From: Lingula anatina
Taxonomy: Eukaryota; Animalia; Brachiopoda
DNA length: 64,000 nucleotides
Direction of reading: 5' to 3'
Assembly: GCA_051362555.1 (NCBI GenBank)
Contig: CM120641.1
Span: 20,894,001-20,958,000, forward strand
Shown in pieces: positions 38,574 through 51,191 of this stretch. Both the position numbers and the translations under genes were made by a program. The notes below the pieces were generated by a model that ran no database searches, was not told where the DNA came from, and saw nothing but the letters and a program-made list of their open reading frames with translations. Every line of letters starts with the position of its first letter. Position 1 is the stretch's first letter.

Positions 38574-40077
38574 CATTAAAACAGTACTTATTATTTCATT
38601 AAATATCATTTCATTTTTTAAATAAAACCAACACACTAAGACTATAATTTAAAGCAGTAATTCTCTGTTGGTCTGGTCAGTTTAGAAGTTCGTCGTGTTC
38701 ACCAAAATACCCGCTTGGTTAGATGTAAAACAAGTGGAAACAGTGGTTCGATCCCGTAGCGTGCTAATTTATTTCAAGACGGATAGTCAGTTAGTTGTTC
38801 GTTGCAAAACTACGGTTTCATTGTAAAAGTGGACCTACAAAAATGCTGATGATTTCAAGCTAACCAAATAATTGCTGTTTGACACAACAAAAAGCCCCCC
38901 ACCCATCACGTATCATCCTGTATTGTGAATGTGTTAGAGAAGCGAGTATCCCGTATTGCGAGTGTGTTAGAGAAGCAGATGGTGTGCAATGCAAGATCAT
39001 TCAAGTTCGAAGTGGTTGTTCCAGTTGTTATTAGTATAATGGGCAAAGGCAGCTACCACAACTAACAGCGTCATTTTTTTCTTCTTATTATTAATACTTG
39101 CAAAAAATATTCGCAAGTGTATAAGTCTGCTTATCTGTTTGTTTGTGGCCAGTTATAATTTTTTTGTTAATCCAGACAATGTTACTATTATCTCATCTGT
39201 AAATTTTTTTGTTACTCCAGGCAATGCTACTATTATCTCATCTCTTTTTAACTCTTATTTAAAAAGTGCAGCTTAAGTCTTAGTTTCTGGTGTCCTCGAA
39301 GATAAAGAGATTACAATATCCAACAGCTGAGAGCACTTATAACATAATATCCCCATTTTTGAATATAAACACTGCAAACACTTTAAATTGTGTGAAGTGG
39401 ACAACACCTTAGTACAGTATTACGTACATGTGAGAAACATGAAATATTTTGAACAGTTTAAAATAATATTTGTACAAAATTATACCATAACCCTGAATAA
39501 TAGATTGCATCCATGTGAGAGCCAACATAAGCTTTTACCAGTGACAACTGCTTAAAAAAAATATTCAAAGCCATGCAATATAACTCAATTAATCTTTTTT
39601 ATTCATGAAGATGGTTTAAACTTAAAAGTTTCTTTTCCAGACTTTTCTTTCAAATTACATACTGTAACAATGAAAAATGCATTCCTTTTGACCTATAATA
39701 TTTCACCCATCATATCCAAAATAATTTTTACAATAATAAGCCTACAAAATGACTAATCAATATAGTACAACTACATATACTTTGGTCATAATTTGAACTA
39801 TATATAAAACAAGACTTATTTAAATGATGTCACTGGTCTTACTGCTGATACCTGTAGGCAGGTTTGGTTTGGTTGGAGAAGGGGGTGGGGTGAAACCACT
39901 GACTGGATAAGGTCTGTGGATCTAAAGCTGATTTCTAAATCAAAATTTAATCTTTAATTCTATGCCATATTTCAGATTGGGTCAACAAAGGAGATAAAAT
40001 GTCCACATTTTTAGAATACCCCCCCCCCCCCCCCCTTTGAAACAGCTGCCTACAGTCCTACAGTATCAGTATTGTAT

Positions 40078-40404
40078 TTAAAGGGACAGCATATGGGATC
40101 TTGATAAAAATTTTACATTTAATGAATTTCCTGGCAATGGCAGCCTACGAAATTTTGTAGTGATTACCAATCACCACCCTTCTGAGTTACAAGTTGAAAT
40201 ATGCTTTCACATTTGTGAGACCATTTTTTCTTTACTTGGTGCAATCCAGGTACACAGATAAAAGCATTCCCTATTTATATTTTGCATAAATGTGCAAACA
40301 ATTCCATACATGAAAAGGATATAAGGTTTTCCTGGGCATTTGGAAAAAGCTATCTCAAAGAGAAAATAGGAAGATTTCGGACAATCCCATATGTCATTCC
40401 TCTA
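40078..40404. mobile_element. Possible second TTAA-type (Kolobok-like) MITE family, degenerate
   Basis: ttaaagggacagcatatgggat ... atcccatatgtcattcctct forms an imperfect TIR. The right-hand TTAA is not intact. Confidence 0.4.
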
Positions 40405-42471
40405 CAAAACTTATATTTTAAAAATAATGTAATATAAGCAAATCTCTACACCTACAAGTTATAAGCAAACCTCTACACCTACAAGTTAACTTCAAAGAGT
40501 AATTGCAGCAAATATACTAAAATGATATACTACTATTCACCATTTACATTTTGAACAAAGAAAAGCTATTATGTATAAGTAATCAATTTTCTGTAACTCT
40601 CAAGTTGCATTGTTTGGTTCAATATCATATACTAAATCCTAAAATGGACAAGATTCAAACTTTGACTAGTTATAAGGAAATTGGAACAGACTAATAAATC
40701 TAATGCTTATCTGTAGAAGTGTTATCTACAGGTAAGCACTATAGACAATGAATTGAGTTGAACAGTTAAAGAATGGGGGAGGGGGGGCATGACCTCCTTT
40801 GCATCTTTGATTTTTACATGCAAACATAACGAGCAGAGCTTGGACAAAAATTAATACATAAATTTTGCACTTGCAACCTCCTCCCCTCAGTAAAATCCAG
40901 AATCTACCTGCCAATAGTACAACCACATCTTTTAATATGTCACTTTCTCATAAAGGACCTCCATAAAAACCTTATCTGCAAGTTTATACCAATTGAACAT
41001 AACTTAAAGGTATGCTGAAAATAGTTCAATTAAAAAATAAAAGCAGCTATTGCATTTATAAGGTAACAATTATACTATGTCACATGATTATTCAAGGATG
41101 GATTCTTTTTTTACGAGAATTGTAAAGATTAAGTCTTGAAGAATCAAAATGAAAAGTACCAAACATGCTTCACAAATAGCTCACATCCTTCACATGTAAT
41201 GTAATTAAGCCAGTTAGATCAATTATGACACATTTCAAGCACAGAAAGATGGCAAACACATGTACTTAATACTCCGACCACACTCGCAGGAATAAAGCAT
41301 TATATTCGTTCAAGCATTACATGCCTACCACATGTACCACTCGAAACAGAACACAAATACTCAGAAGGGAGAGGAACAACTTACCATAAAACCTGAGTAA
41401 CTATCAATATACAGGAAAGAAATGCCACCTACATCATATACAAAGGTGAAGATATTCTCCCAAATTTACTTAAGGTTTTCATGTATTGGGTCAATTGAAA
41501 TGTCACTGACAAAGGTGATGATACATAATGGAAACATGTTTGGTATAATTCAAAATTTATATTCCTAAAAACTAAAACTTAACACTGTATATTGAGATAA
41601 TATAAGGTAAATTATATCACAATATGGATTGCAAGCTGGAACATTAAAATGGCACCATACTTAAGTAAATAAAGAGAAAAAATATTAAGACTTTACACTG
41701 TCTGTTAAAATAACAGCATCTGAAATTTTCATAGAATCTCAACTGCTGTTCAGATATTCAGTATCTAAAGCATGTTTGTATATTGATGTACTTTTTGGCA
41801 TATAAATTTCTGTTGCATCAAATGGTATTGTTAACTATAAAGCACTGATATAAAACCATGCTATTGGGAATCAAAACTAAAATAAAGGGTAAAATAAGGT
41901 GAATAGTGGGTAGCTGAGCAGCTTATTAAAAAAACACTAGGCATAAATGTCTCATCAAACACTATTAAGTGATCAAGGACATTATAACACCTAAATCTGT
42001 ATTAATCTGAACCTGTCAAACATTTTGGAGCAGATTTATATGATCATCCATTTATTCTAGTGATGAGATTTTAAAGATCATACTTATACTCCTCATTGTT
42101 GGAAATTTCAGAGCAAATTTCTTGTCAATGTATGCAGTACAGGTGATTTTACTCCACTACTGATTTAATATAAATAGAGGCATGTCATCATTGCATTGGT
42201 ACCTGTAGTTTAGTTGCACTGGTCAAAGAAATTTGCTCATCTTAAACAAATTCTTTTATTTTTTCACAAAACCGTACAGAGTGTGTGACAGCCATTTTAT
42301 TTCCCTTTGATAATTTCAGGCACTTTTTAACTGTCTCTCTTTTTATGCTGTCAATGAATCTCAAGAATTTACAAAACACATATCCTAGCTGCTTTCACTT
42401 TCAGTCAATAAAAACCATTTATACTCCTCAGCCAGCCATGTCCTGATGCTGAATTTCCATGAATCCTAGTT

Positions 42472-44641
42472 TTAGCTGTCAACTTTTTCAGGATGTGAAC
42501 ACTGCATGAAACATGCCTCATAGTTAGGCAACCTGCGAAATCCCAATTTCTCATGCAGCTGTTGTGATACTACATTGTCTGTCTCTATGTAACAGTAAGG
42601 CGTCCGTCCATTTTTCAAATGTTCCTGTGCCAACTGCGAAAGCACACATTTGCCATGTCCTTTCCCCCGGCACTCTGGCAGTACATAAAGTGCACCCACA
42701 GGTCCGTAACAGTATGTGCACACATATGCAACACACTGCCCTGTAGACGTAAACAGAGCAGCTGACAGATAGTCTTGAATGGCTACAGAGAGGAATTTGG
42801 ACTGCTTGGGCAAATAGGAGTTGAACTTCCATTCATTCTCCATAGCATCTATGTGTTCCATAGTCAGATGGCCCAACCTCATTCCTTCTGGTGGTGGTCT
42901 AAAAATAAGTTTGTAATGTTTTGAATTATTTTATTAATTTATTATTTTCATTTTGACTGTATATCAACATAGGGACCCGTATATTAAGGTTAATGTCTAT
43001 TCTGTAGTTGTGTACAATCGAAGTGAAGTGTATGGGTCAAAAGCAGTGGGGAATGCAGGAATTACCTAGAGAGAAAGAGACTGTGTTACCCCTGTAATGT
43101 GCTACATGTACATATTTTAATAAGCAATCTGTTCCTAAAACTGTTACAAATTTAGCATATAAATTTCAATTGAAAAGATTTAAGGTACTTACAGTATGAC
43201 TAGATCCTCCTTCTCCAAGACATAAATATAGGTTCTTGCAATAAGTTCTACTTTGTACCCATGCTGTTGTGCTAGCCCTGTCAAAGGCCCATAAAGACTA
43301 GAGGGAGCAGCTGAAAAGCAAAGAAATAATCAGTATAATCAAAACAAAATCATTTTTGCTATAAGACCCAATCTTTTTTAATAGGGCCTCAGAGGCAAGA
43401 AATGATCTTATTAGAACAAATGATAATCTTTGTGTAAGAAAAAGTGAGCAAAAGCTGTTTTATGTACAGACCAGTAACTAAACTATGTTAGTTTATGCAC
43501 TTTGAAATAATCCTGTAAAATAACAAAAATTCTAACACTGAAAATAGAAGGGGAAAACCAGCAAATCACATGCAAAAGAAGAATTAACATACACCTGCAC
43601 AAAAAGCCACTACCAGTATGGTAGTTGGTATATCATGATCATTATACATTTCATCCTTACTTTAGTTTTATATATTGTTATAACAAGTGTGAAGCAAAAA
43701 ATAAATGAATCAATGAGTAAATAGAACAAATGTCTCCATTTTAGCCAAGTTACAAGTTAATCAAATACAATAATCAATGTAAGTTAATGAATATAAAACA
43801 TTGACTCTGGCTTCAATTTTTGAGGTAACATATAAGTGCTGGTCGCTTGTGATGGCTCTATGTACAGATAACAGTGTCTGTACATAAAAAGGGAAAACGT
43901 TTAACAAGTACATGCCAAACAAGTTATCGTAGGGTTTGGTTTGTACATGATATAAAAATATTATGCATTCATAATATTTAAGGAAGAGTGTAAATTCACC
44001 TCTGAAGTAGGGGGGAAACTTCCAATCAATTACACCACCTTTATGCAGAAATTTGGTGGCTGCATCTTCTGAGCCTGGTTTGTGGTAGATGAAGTACACG
44101 CTGGATACATGGTCTTCAACCTGAACCCACAAACAACTTTAAACAACACACTGCAATAGAGCTCTAATCTAATAAAGTATTCCAATTTGTGTCTACTTAC
44201 CACCGGTCATTAAAATAAAAATAAAATTACACACATGGGTTAACATGGGAAGAAAGAATGCTAAAATCAACCGTCACAAAGTAAGTAATTAGCAAATAAT
44301 AAATCTTTGTGTGAAACAGATGGTTTTAAATAGGTCAGATTCATCCTATCTATTTGGCCTTAGTTGCCCCCACCCCCATTTAGCCACCATAGTTCTCTTT
44401 ACCTTCCAGTTTGATAAATATATTTGTTTACCAGCTTTAGAAAAGAACTGCCAAGAATTTTGTTGCCCAAATATACTGTCTCGGCATTTTAGTCAGCTTT
44501 ATCAGATAGTGTAAATATGTAACTGGACAAAATCTGTGGAAAAATGGTCAACAACTTACAAGTAACATGCATTTTCCTTCAATGTTGAAGGGTAAACATT
44601 AATATTAAAACACTAATATAGTTGTAACTCTTGATTCTTTA

Positions 44642-44682
<41 letters not shown>

Positions 44683-46811
44683 CTCAATCTTTTACAAAAA
44701 TAAAGCACAAAAATCAGAGTATTCAGTGTAACATCCTTTGGCTGATTTAAAAGGTCAAAAGTATACTTTACCTGTTTAGCAGAATCTTCAGGCGATGCCA
44801 CAACAACCTCAAAATTTGGCCATCTATCCAGTAAAATATCGAAGCTGTACTCTTTATTCAGAATTCCCTTCAGTATATTGCACATCTGAAAATAAAAAAA
44901 GAGAAAGTTACAAAAATGCACGTGGCAAACTTATCGGTGTGCCATGCAAAAAAATCACTTTAGATAAATTAACAAATTCATAACAAATAGATTTGGCAAT
45001 TTTAATTAACTCTTTATTCAATATTTCCTACAGTGCACATCTGAAAAATTAAAAGCTAAAGGCTAGAAAGATGCACCTGACACATTTAGCGGTATGCCAT
45101 ACAAAATAAATGAATAAATAAATTACACACAGATCCATATCAACAAACAGATTTTACATTCATCTTCACAGATTTTAAAAAATAATGAGAAAACTGAAGT
45201 ATCAAGGCCTGATTGTTAAGTAATTATGCCTGTGAATAGTTTCTCTTCAACTGTTTGGCTTGGTCATATATCATCATAAAATGGGTGATGGAGAAAAAAG
45301 AATGCAACAATTAAGTCAATGATTTATATGTTTGCATCATGCATATATATATATATCATATAATCATGAGAGACTATAATAAATTTCATAATATTTACAA
45401 TAAGTATTATATCAAAATGGGTACAACTGTACATAATTTTCAATTCAGCTAGCCAGCTATTCATCAACAGAAATGAAAAGAAATATATTTATGATGCCAA
45501 TACTAAATGTAATGATAAAATACATTGAAAGACTTTTTACTGTTTTGTAGACACTGTGAAGTGCAATTTTTAATTCAAATCAAGATGTCTAAATATTGCA
45601 CATGTACATTTTGCACTTGCATTTAGGCCTTTCCTTTTTAGAAATGATTTTTGCTTCATTCAAACTTTTTGTCGTAATTACTTCCAAATTTTTGGTCCAA
45701 GTCAAGTAAACTATGCCAATATAAATCATTTTACAAAAATATCATATTCTTAAATGGGATAGAAAGAAGTGAATCACAAACACACACATGCACAAATTAT
45801 CAACTTATGGCAAATTTATTCCAAATTAATGAAAATTGCAGCTTTTCCTAAATTAATTCATAACCTACAATAATTGGAAAGGAGTTGTTAAAAAACACAA
45901 TGATATTCATTTGTCAAATTATGAACATGAATATTTCACAAGGACTTCACGTGATCAGCAACATTCTCACATGTATATCATATGTGAACTGACATGCCAC
46001 TTGCTCCTAAGTAAAGAGGGCATATGTTTATAAGTTAAGAAGGGAGATCAGAGGAATTGTCTGCACTTGGAGCAACCTAGTACATATTTTGTTTTGAACA
46101 TCAAAATATTAGATCCTCACTTTTCTAGGAAATTGTAACTTTGAGAATCGTAAGAAACACAATTTTCTTTTATGTGTTACAGTGTTAGCGAGAAAAAAAT
46201 CCTAAGTGCATGCACTGGCTACAACACCAATTAGGGCAATGTCGTCTGCCATGACAGACAAGAGTAATGTCACATTGTGTCTGTCCATAAAAAAATTCTA
46301 AAATAATAAAAGAAAATAAAGAAGAGCATATTAAGGAGTTGAAACTGCTAAAGACATTCCCTGGATATATATATTTTTAACAAGGCCTAAAAGATACTCG
46401 AGGATTACAACCAGAATTGGGTTCTCACATTGGAACCGGTTTAAAATCCAATGACGTAAACATTTTTTCGCAATCAGAATTAATATTTTAGTCTAGATCT
46501 ACATGTATATTGTCATCACAATATGTCGACTAGACTATGTGATGAATGTTGAGTTTACAAAACTGTTTTAGGAAAAACACGGGTTGCATCATCCTTACCT
46601 TACGTGCCACTGATAGGGTGTGAGATCCATATATATAACTTGCCTATTCAGCCATGTACAACATGTACGAGTCTAAATACACTCAGACACGTTTTTCTTC
46701 ATACCTAACATCTATTTTAATAATGCAGGTTACCTGTAAAGATCTTGGGTAGTCCTCTTGCAAAACTCGAATCAATTCATTGAAAGAATGGGAGCTAAGA
46801 TGAAGCGGCAT
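42472..46811 (-). CDS. Glycine N-acyltransferase-like GNAT protein. Exons approx. 46811-46734, 44885-44772, 44120-44000, 43310-43193, 42898-42472
   Basis: N-terminus MPLHL..LQEDYPRSLQMCN..LLDRWPNFEVVV and VIDW match the GLYAT N-domain pattern. The C-terminal GNAT has GALYVLPECRGKGHGK (acetyl-CoA motif A) and YCYIETDNVVSQQLHEKLGF. Confidence 0.85.
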
Positions 46812-47220
46812 TGCACCAAGTTCTTTGTTTCACACTATATTAACTTAGATCTCAATAACTACCACTAAACAGACAATATGCCCTTGAATAACCTCAAACA
46901 CACTTGAAGGTCGTGTGGACTTTGTACTCCCTTTACTTGTTAACTTCCGGTTTCTGAATTTAGAAGGAGACTGTCGCGCGGAGTAAGCGCTGACTTTGAA
47001 CAGAGATGATGTAATCAAATCGCCCATCTAAAATCATGTAAAGTGAAATGAAAATATTAAAAAAAACTTTTGTAGATGTATTAACATAATGATGACAAAT
47101 AACAACATTAATGATGATAATTTTTATTCTAAAAATGGTCCTGATATTTTTGTAATTTTGCAAAAAAAAAAAAGTGGAAGTGATCAATTGAAAGTAATTA
47201 AGATGAATTGCACCGTTTTA

Positions 47221-49443
47221 TTTTTATGCACAGACACAGGTGTGTCTGTACATATTGCCATCACCTGCGTCTGTCGTTGCCGTCGCCATCGCCGTCGCCG
47301 ATGCCGGCACCGTGCACTTTCCTTGTAAACACGATAAGTGGAAGGCAGTTTTACTTTTTGGCTTTATATTTACAGAGCTGATGAATATTCATAAAACGCA
47401 GGTCAAGTTCGAAAATCAGCATCATCGGGCCATTATTGTAGAAGTTATGCTGTTTTTTCACTTTTCAGCATATATGCAACACTGTAAACACATTTCAAGG
47501 AAAACTGATAGGCCTGTTGTCATGAAACTCACAGAAAAAATCAGTCTTACTAAAACGCAGGTCAAGTTCGAAAATCGGCATGATCGGACCACTATTTTAG
47601 CAGTTATGCTTGTTTTTCACTTTTCAGCATATATGCAACACTGTAAACACAATATAAGAAAAACAGATAGGCCAATTGTCATTAAACTTACAGGAGTGGT
47701 CAATCCTGCTAAAATGCAGGTTGAGTTCAAAAGTCAGCATAATCGGGCCTTTATTTTAGAAGTTATGCTGTTTTGTCACATTTCCTCAAATTCAATTCTT
47801 AGGCATGTTAACAGTTTCATTATTTCATTAATAAGATATGTAAAAGTGTTTGTTTGACATTTCCTGCATCTTTACAACATTGTTAGTTGATTTTGTAAAA
47901 ATGATGGTAAACTTGTTATCGTGTATTGTGTAATAAAAATTTCAAAAATGGAAATAACTCATATCATTGCAGTTTGCCATATTCAATCATTCACTATGTT
48001 CAGAATCTCAGAATGGAGGAAATTGGACATTTAACACTGTTGTATTGATATTTTTCCCATCTCATCAATTTTCTTAGTTGATTGTATGAAAATGGCAGTA
48101 ACCTGTTAATTTTGTTTTATGTTAAAAAATTTGTTAAAAATAGAAAAAAAAAAAAAAAACATTTCAGAACAGTGCTGTCTTGTTTACATTTTGGCATTTT
48201 CAAGTTGTGACTTTGAAGTTCCATGGGCCTGAAGACCTTTGCTAGTCACATTTTCTGAATATCCATGATACTAATATTTTATTATTAAAATTGATGGTCA
48301 TTATGCTGTTAACCATTATGTAATATTGCATCAAAATTTGAAAAAAACCTATTTTGGGCACTGCTCCCATGATGACCATTTAAGAATAAAAACCATGTCA
48401 CTTCAGAATCTCAGAATCTCAGAATGGAAGAAATTGGACATTTAACACTGTTTTATTGATGTTTTCCCCATCTCATCAATTTTCTTAGTTGATCATATAA
48501 AAATGGCAGTAAACTGTTAATTTTGTTTTATGTTAAAAATTGTTAAAAATGGGGAAAAAACATTTCAGAACAGTGCTGTCTTGTTTACATTTTGGCATTT
48601 TCAAGTTGTGACTTTTAAGTTCCATGGGCCTGAAGACCTTTGCTAGTCACATTTTCTAAATATCTATGATACTAATATTTTATTATCAAAAATTGATGTT
48701 CATCATGCTGTTAAACATTATGTAATATTGCATCAAAATTTGAAAAAAACCTATTTTGGGCACTGCTCCCATGATGACCATTTAAGAAAAACCATGTCAC
48801 TTACTGTTCTCAAACAGTACAGTAAATATATATAGATGTGTCTGTACATATTGCCATCACCTGCGTCTGTCGTCGCCGTCATCGCCGGCGCTAGCACCAT
48901 GCACTTTCCTTGTAAACAAGATAAGTGGAAGGCAGTTTTACTTTTTGGCTTTATATTTACAGAGCTGATGAATATTCATAAAACGCAGGTCAAGTTCGAA
49001 AATCAGCATGATCGGGCCATTATTGTAGAAGTTATGCTTTTTTTTTTCACTTTTCAGCATATATGCAACACTGTAAACACATTTCAAGGAAAACCGATAG
49101 GCCTGTTGTCATGAAACTCACAGGAGTAATTGATCTTACTAAAATGCAAGTCAAGTTCGAAAATCGGCATGCAGCCTGAGTTGGAAAAGCAGTCTAATTG
49201 GCTTCTTTTTCTGGAAGTTATACATTTTCAAAGAGTGAACTTGAACTCCCATGGGCCTGAAGCCTTATGCTTGTTACACATTTTACTTACATTGGTATTA
49301 CCTGTTGAGCATAATTAAAATTTGATGTTGAATTTGCAGTTTAACATAATGTACTTTTGCATCAGAATTGACAGTAGCCTATTTTGTGCATAGTTATTTC
49401 ATGCTTTTTGTCTGTACATTTGACAGCTTTGCTGCCTTGTTTA
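47221..49443 (+). mobile_element. Composite copy of the Helentron-like element (long copy with internal duplication plus a second, internally deleted copy starting ~48836)
   Basis: Same 5' hairpin, microsatellite, ~160-bp units and 3' end (tgtctgtacatttgacagctttgctgccttgttt) as 12196-15630. 48001-48403 is repeated at ~48411-48802, and the 5' head restarts at ~48836. Confidence 0.8.
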
Positions 49444-50469
49444 TTTTAAAGTTTAGTATTGATTCAAAACTGAAGTATACCCACTGTACTCCAACACAAG
49501 TACTTGTGCAAGTATACCATCAAGAATAATATTACCTTTGTTATTGTAATACATTCTTGATACCATATCTTTACCCAGTATATGCTAGTTAACTCAAATA
49601 TACAGCAACTGGTACATGTTCCAATTAAAAAGAGTGCAACATGAAGTTTGATTTTTTTAAATGAGATATAAGTATAAGAATGGTCAAGAATATCACAAAA
49701 CTGTCAAATAACGTTAACTAAAGATATAATATATCATTATTGGCTCTTTCAGCATGCAAGAATAATTGATTCACAGTCAAATTATATACATATATTACTG
49801 TGCTTAAATTGAATCTTTATGAAATTATAGAATTTGTGCAAAAAATGAAAATCACATACAAATGTTTTCCTTCCATTACTTCTTAAAAGACATTAGACAT
49901 CAGAAGTAATATATATCTTATTTCAAAAACAATCTTGATAAGACAATCAACATCGATCATCACCAGCTCCAATATCATCACTAGCTGAAATTTTTATTAT
50001 AATATTTATATGACATCACATCAGAACTATAGTTAAGATGGAAAATAAACTTTTATTAAAACTGGAAGTGTATATACATGCAGCATACTTGCACTTATAA
50101 TTAACTAAAATATATTGTAATTACTACAAGTGAATATCATAAAACTGTAAAAAAAAAATCACCAAAAATTAACACTTTAAGTTGGTAAGTATTTTTAGGC
50201 CTGAAACTCCTGAAGAACTGGTATCAACAGGTACACTGAGCATCATCACCTGCCCCAATATTATATATTACCTGATATTCTAATTATCATAATTACATAG
50301 TATCCCATCAGAAATAAGTAAGACAGAAAATTAACTTAAGTTTATCAACAAAAGACTAGTGCGCTTAACATGATTACAAAGTATTTCACTTAGTCTATTA
50401 ATTGTCAGCCCAAGTTTGTTATGTTAATGTGGACAGTATCTAACATAAAACTAATACAACTATAAAATT

Positions 50470-50473
<4 letters not shown>

Positions 50474-50544
<71 letters not shown>
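50474..50544. repeat. (TA)n microsatellite
   Basis: Directly visible. Confidence 0.95.
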
Positions 50545-50550
<6 letters not shown>

Positions 50551-51191
50551 TATTATCATATGAAGAATTGTGAATTATTAATGTTTCTCCCACTGGAATG
50601 TACATCATGATACATCATACATCATATTTTTTATGAATTACTGTTCAAAGAGGAACAAAACACTGATTTTTCTGAGTTATGCATATATGCGGTTCTGGGC
50701 CTTTTTAGTTAGTGAGAAATGAACCACATGTATACATGTGCATGGTGACAGTCTCCATGGGGTTAAGGGATTTTTGGTTGTCCCAAATTTTTACAGAGTA
50801 ATCATGGTGAATGTCAGAAAGGGGGATCAAAGGTTGTTTGTTGGTAAATTACAGTTACTATGATACTGTTTAAACCAGGAAATTTGTTCAGTATAAGTTT
50901 TTCAACAGAAAATCTTATGCTGGGCACCCTTAATTGTGACAAGTATTACATTGCAAACACAGAAACTTATGAAGATAAATGTTTCATCATACTAATGTCA
51001 CTTATTTCAGTTAATGGCATGGGAATAAGTTCTCATGTATTTTGCTTATCTTTTATATATTTATTACTATCATTATATATATATTTATGATTTAACATTG
51101 TACCTTTTTAATCATACTTCCTATGAAAAGGTGAACATCAATAAAACCATTCAATCAGTATATTTCCCAGAAATCAGTGATCCTTACTAAT

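Noticed and set aside
47240-47857. 205-aa ORF with internal repeats (also 48836-49114 and 12536-12775)
   Set aside because: It is a translation of the ~160-bp tandem array in the non-autonomous element. The frame is not preserved between copies and there are no transposase or helicase motifs.
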